Positions 61,289-64,000 of a DNA stretch of 64,000 nucleotides are shown here, one piece after another. The notes below the pieces were generated by a model that ran no database searches, had not been told where the DNA came from, and saw nothing but the letters and a program-made list of their open reading frames with translations. Every line of letters starts with the position of its first letter. Positions within the stretch are counted from its first letter, which is position 1. The DNA comes from Candidatus Omnitrophota bacterium (lineage in GTDB: Bacteria; Omnitrophota; Gorgyraeia; Gorgyraeales; Gorgyraeaceae): the NCBI GenBank assembly GCA_018819285.1, contig JAHJQM010000010.1, positions 10,930 through 74,929 of the forward strand, read 5' to 3'. Made by a program: the position numbers and the translations under genes.

Positions 61289-62607
61289 AAATAAATTCAT
61301 ATTTTGGCATAGCGCTTCATATGCATCAACCAGTAATTCCAGCAGGCGGCTCTGACATCAGGACAGCGAAACTGATTTCTAATTTGCAATATATGATGGA
61401 TCATCAGGATATCGGAGACAATCACAATGCGTCTGTATTTTTGAATTGTTATTCAAGGATAGCTGATTTTGTAAGAGAACTTTCGGGCGAAGGTAAAAAT
61501 CCAAGGATCATGCTGGATTATTCGGGAAATCTTCTTTGGGGCCTTAAGGATATGGGTGAAGAAAGAGTCTTGGATAATCTCAAGCTCGTTACCTGCGATA
61601 AAAAATATTCCGGGTATGTGGAATGGCTCGGGACAATGTTGTCGCATTCCGTGGTCAGTTCTACTCCTGTCCCGGACATAAGACTTCATATAAAAGAATG
61701 GCAGGGTTATTTTGCGTCAATATTCGGACAAAAAGCCCTTAAAAAGGTCAAAGGGTTTTCTAGCCCTGAGATGCATCTTCCGATCCATCCTGATGTGTGT
61801 TTTGAATACATAAAAGCTTTGAAAGAATGCGGATATAAATGGCTCATGGTCCAGGAGCATACGATAGAAAACCTGGACGGCACGTCTGTAAGAAGGCCGC
61901 ATTTTCCACATAAGTTAGTCGCTAAAAATTCTCTTGGAGAAAAGGCAGAGATAACAGTTATTATAAAGACTCAAGGGTCTGATAATAAACTCATTGGCCA
62001 GATGCAGCCATATTACGAAGCCAAGACTTTAGGACATGAGATATACTGCGGTGTTGAACTTCCACCTTTTGTAGCTCAGATAGGGGATGGAGAAAATGGT
62101 GGAGTAATGATGAATGAATTTCCAGAAGCGTACAAGAAGGCTTTTCGAGAAACAGGCTGTGAAGGCACAGCCGGCATGAATGGAACAGAGTACCTTGAAT
62201 TTGTAAAACAGGCTGGTTTGGACGAAAAGTCATTTATGCCTGTACAGCCTATTTCTCAGAGCAAGATCTGGGAATTTTTAAAGGAATATTCTCATGGCGC
62301 AGCTGACAAGGCTATTGAAAAAGTGAAACAAAAATATCCAGGCTTCAGTTTAGAAAAGGCATCATGGACGAACGATAAAGATTGGGTAAAGGGTTACGAA
62401 GATATAATGGATCCCATAATCCAGCTTAGCGCGGCATTTCATAAGAAATTTGACAATAAAAATATAGATAAAGCAAGCCCTGCTTATAAAAAAGCGCTTC
62501 TTTATTTATTATTATCTCAGACAAGTTGCTTTCGTTATTGGGGAACAGGCGTATGGACAGATTATGCAAAGGAGATCTGCCGCAGGGGTATGGAAGCGCT
62601 AAAATAA
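61285..62607 (+). CDS. GH57-family glycoside hydrolase
   Basis: LHMHQP, GFSSPEM, DGENGGVMMNEF and TSCFRYWG motifs. Confidence 0.85.
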   Translation: MKINSYFGIALHMHQPVIPAGGSDIRTAKLISNLQYMMDHQDIGDNHNASVFLNCYSRIADFVRELSGEGKNPRIMLDYSGNLLWGLKDMGEERVLDNLKLVTCDKKYSGYVEWLGTMLSHSVVSSTPVPDIRLHIKEWQGYFASIFGQKALKKVKGFSSPEMHLPIHPDVCFEYIKALKECGYKWLMVQEHTIENLDGTSVRRPHFPHKLVAKNSLGEKAEITVIIKTQGSDNKLIGQMQPYYEAKTLGHEIYCGVELPPFVAQIGDGENGGVMMNEFPEAYKKAFRETGCEGTAGMNGTEYLEFVKQAGLDEKSFMPVQPISQSKIWEFLKEYSHGAADKAIEKVKQKYPGFSLEKASWTNDKDWVKGYEDIMDPIIQLSAAFHKKFDNKNIDKASPAYKKALLYLLLSQTSCFRYWGTGVWTDYAKEICRRGMEALK

Positions 62608-62634
62608 ATGTAACAATATTATTTCATACTTTTG

Positions 62635-62940
62635 CTCTGCTCAGGCCAGCAGTTTGAGAGGCCTTTTTGACACGAGCGGGCACGGTGTCTGTTGAGCCAG
62701 GTGGGGCCATTCGGCACTGAATCGTTTCGCCGTCCGCTACGGTTTATGGTTCGTTCTTCTGTCGACTATCGTATTGTCAACCGATCAGAACTCACCATAA
62801 ATCCTTGCGGACTTTTGCCGAAACGATTCTAATGTGCCTCAGACCCCGCCTGGCTCAACAGACGAGCGAGTGTCAAAACGGAGCAAAATTTTTACGCTGG
62901 GAAAATTTTGCGTCCTCGCAAACTGCTGGTCTGGGCAGAG
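62635..62940 (+). other. 306-nt rod-like fold-back element (structured RNA or non-autonomous palindromic element)
   Basis: Nested complementary segments, e.g. 62635-62656/62919-62940, 62687-62706/62844-62863 and 62719-62729/62819-62829. Confidence 0.85.
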
Positions 62941-62981
62941 ATCAGGAACATAGCCATTAAAATAGGTCTTAAACAGACTGA

Positions 62982-63010
62982 TTGACAAGGATTTTATTAT
63001 CTGATATAGT
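62982..63010 (+). promoter_or_regulatory. Sigma70 promoter
   Basis: TTGACA-17-TATAGT upstream of an AGGAGG SD. Confidence 0.7.
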
Positions 63011-63032
63011 CTATAAAACACAAGGAGGAAAG

Positions 63033-63224
63033 ATGATAAAGAAACTGAAGAAAGTCTTATCGCTGGATAATAATGAAAATCGTGTCAGCCGTGAAGAATT
63101 TATGCAGCTTGTCCAGAAAAAGGCATACGAAATTTATGAAAAAAGAGGGTGTCAATCTGGCAATGACCTGGAAGATTGGCTTAATGCTGAAAGGTTAGTG
63201 AAAGAAGACCTTGGAGTAAAATGA
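63033..63224 (+). CDS. DUF2934 domain protein
   Basis: KKAYEIYEKRG...GNDLEDWLNAE. Confidence 0.85.
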   Translation: MIKKLKKVLSLDNNENRVSREEFMQLVQKKAYEIYEKRGCQSGNDLEDWLNAERLVKEDLGVK

Positions 63225-64000
63225 TATACTGGGCGCCGCTTCTACATTTTTATCAGCCTCCGACGCAGTCTCATGATGTCCTTGCAAAAATCTGCGAAGA
63301 ATCCTACAGGCCATTAGTAAAAGTATTTAAAGAGCATCCCGAATCCAGGATTACTATAAATATGTGCGGGGTGCTTACTGAAATGCTGGGTATCCATGGT
63401 TATGGGGATGTCGTAACGGGTCTCAGGGAGCTTGGAAAAAGCGGCCAGGTTGAGTTTGTTGAATCTGCAAAATTCCACGCTATACTGCCTTTAATACCAA
63501 AGAAAGAAGCCAGGAGGCAGATAGAATTAAACAGATTAACAAACCTGTCTTTTTTTAAAAATAGCTATAAGCCAAAAGGATTTTTTCTGCCAGAGATGTG
63601 CTACTCCGATGAAACAGCCTCTATCGTAAGAGATATGGGTTATGAATGGGTTATAGTGAGCGGTATTGCCTGCCAAGGAAAATGGCCTATGGATTACGTG
63701 CCAACTTTTAAACTTTCTTCAGGCGCCATAAAGGCATTTTTCAGAGACGATATAGTCAGCAACATGATCAGTTTTAAAAACCTGGACGCCAATGGATTTG
63801 TCTCTAACGTTAAAGGCTTGGGCAAGGGGAAAGAAGATGTATATATAATTACAGCAATGGATGCGGAAACATTTGGCCACCATATAAGAGATTGGGAAAA
63901 GATATTTCTTGGAGCTGTTTACGAAATTATAGAGGATTCAGAAGAGATAAAAGTAATTAATATCAGCGACCTTCTAAAGATATTTCCTGCAGTAAAGACA
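63221..64000 (+). CDS. GH57-family glycoside hydrolase (runs off the window end)
   Basis: Translated by eye: MIYWAPLLHFYQPP...ESYRP...HAILPL...GFFLPEMCY...AMDAETFGHH; ATGA overlap with the DUF2934 gene. Confidence 0.85.
   Translation, partial: MIYWAPLLHFYQPPTQSHDVLAKICEESYRPLVKVFKEHPESRITINMCGVLTEMLGIHGYGDVVTGLRELGKSGQVEFVESAKFHAILPLIPKKEARRQIELNRLTNLSFFKNSYKPKGFFLPEMCYSDETASIVRDMGYEWVIVSGIACQGKWPMDYVPTFKLSSGAIKAFFRDDIVSNMISFKNLDANGFVSNVKGLGKGKEDVYIITAMDAETFGHHIRDWEKIFLGAVYEIIEDSEEIKVINISDLLKIFPAVKT

Noticed and set aside
62635-62940. Rod as 6S RNA, SRP RNA, RNase P RNA, tmRNA or an intron
   Set aside because: I could not find the diagnostic motifs (SRP GGAA tetraloop domain, RNase P GAGGAAAGUCC, tmRNA tRNA-like ends, group II domain V), and it is longer than typical 6S; an Rfam search is still needed
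62839-63021. 60-aa ORF across the rod-like element
   Set aside because: No SD or recognisable motif, and it overlaps a promoter; the fold-back explains the sequence better

Overview
Chromosomal core region of an AT-rich bacterium. The L28 signature (RRGLAKAKGGVGLKITG), TMTC-like GT-C/TPR protein, T2SS layout and GH57 cluster suggest the PVC superphylum, probably Ca. Omnitrophota (inference). Nearly all genes are on the + strand. In order: recJ (partial), rpmB, TMTC-like, radical SAM, recG-rsmD-coaD-pta-ackA-yceD-rpmF-plsX-fabHDG-acpP-fabF; a type II secretion/pseudopilus cluster with an internal MerR-like HTH gene and a secretin carrying a TonB-C-like tail; Bcd-EtfBA, smc and a GAF-GGDEF gene; an FMN riboswitch with the rib operon; ydbH-like and ynbE-ydbL-like genes, rmuC, tRNA-Pro(CGG), ligA, xerD, UDG, priA, def-fmt, twin galT-like genes and gap; a NarL-type two-component pair and a GH57/GT4 glycogen cluster. 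No transposase, prophage or CRISPR array was seen. The main unexplained signal is intergenic: at least seven families of palindromic or hairpin elements sit at gene junctions. They include a 37-39 bp palindrome in 7.5 copies that supplies stop codons, two multi-copy cassettes that supply Shine-Dalgarno/start signals, a direct-repeat pair flanking the MerR-like gene, heptamer-repeat hairpins, and a 306-nt rod-like fold-back.
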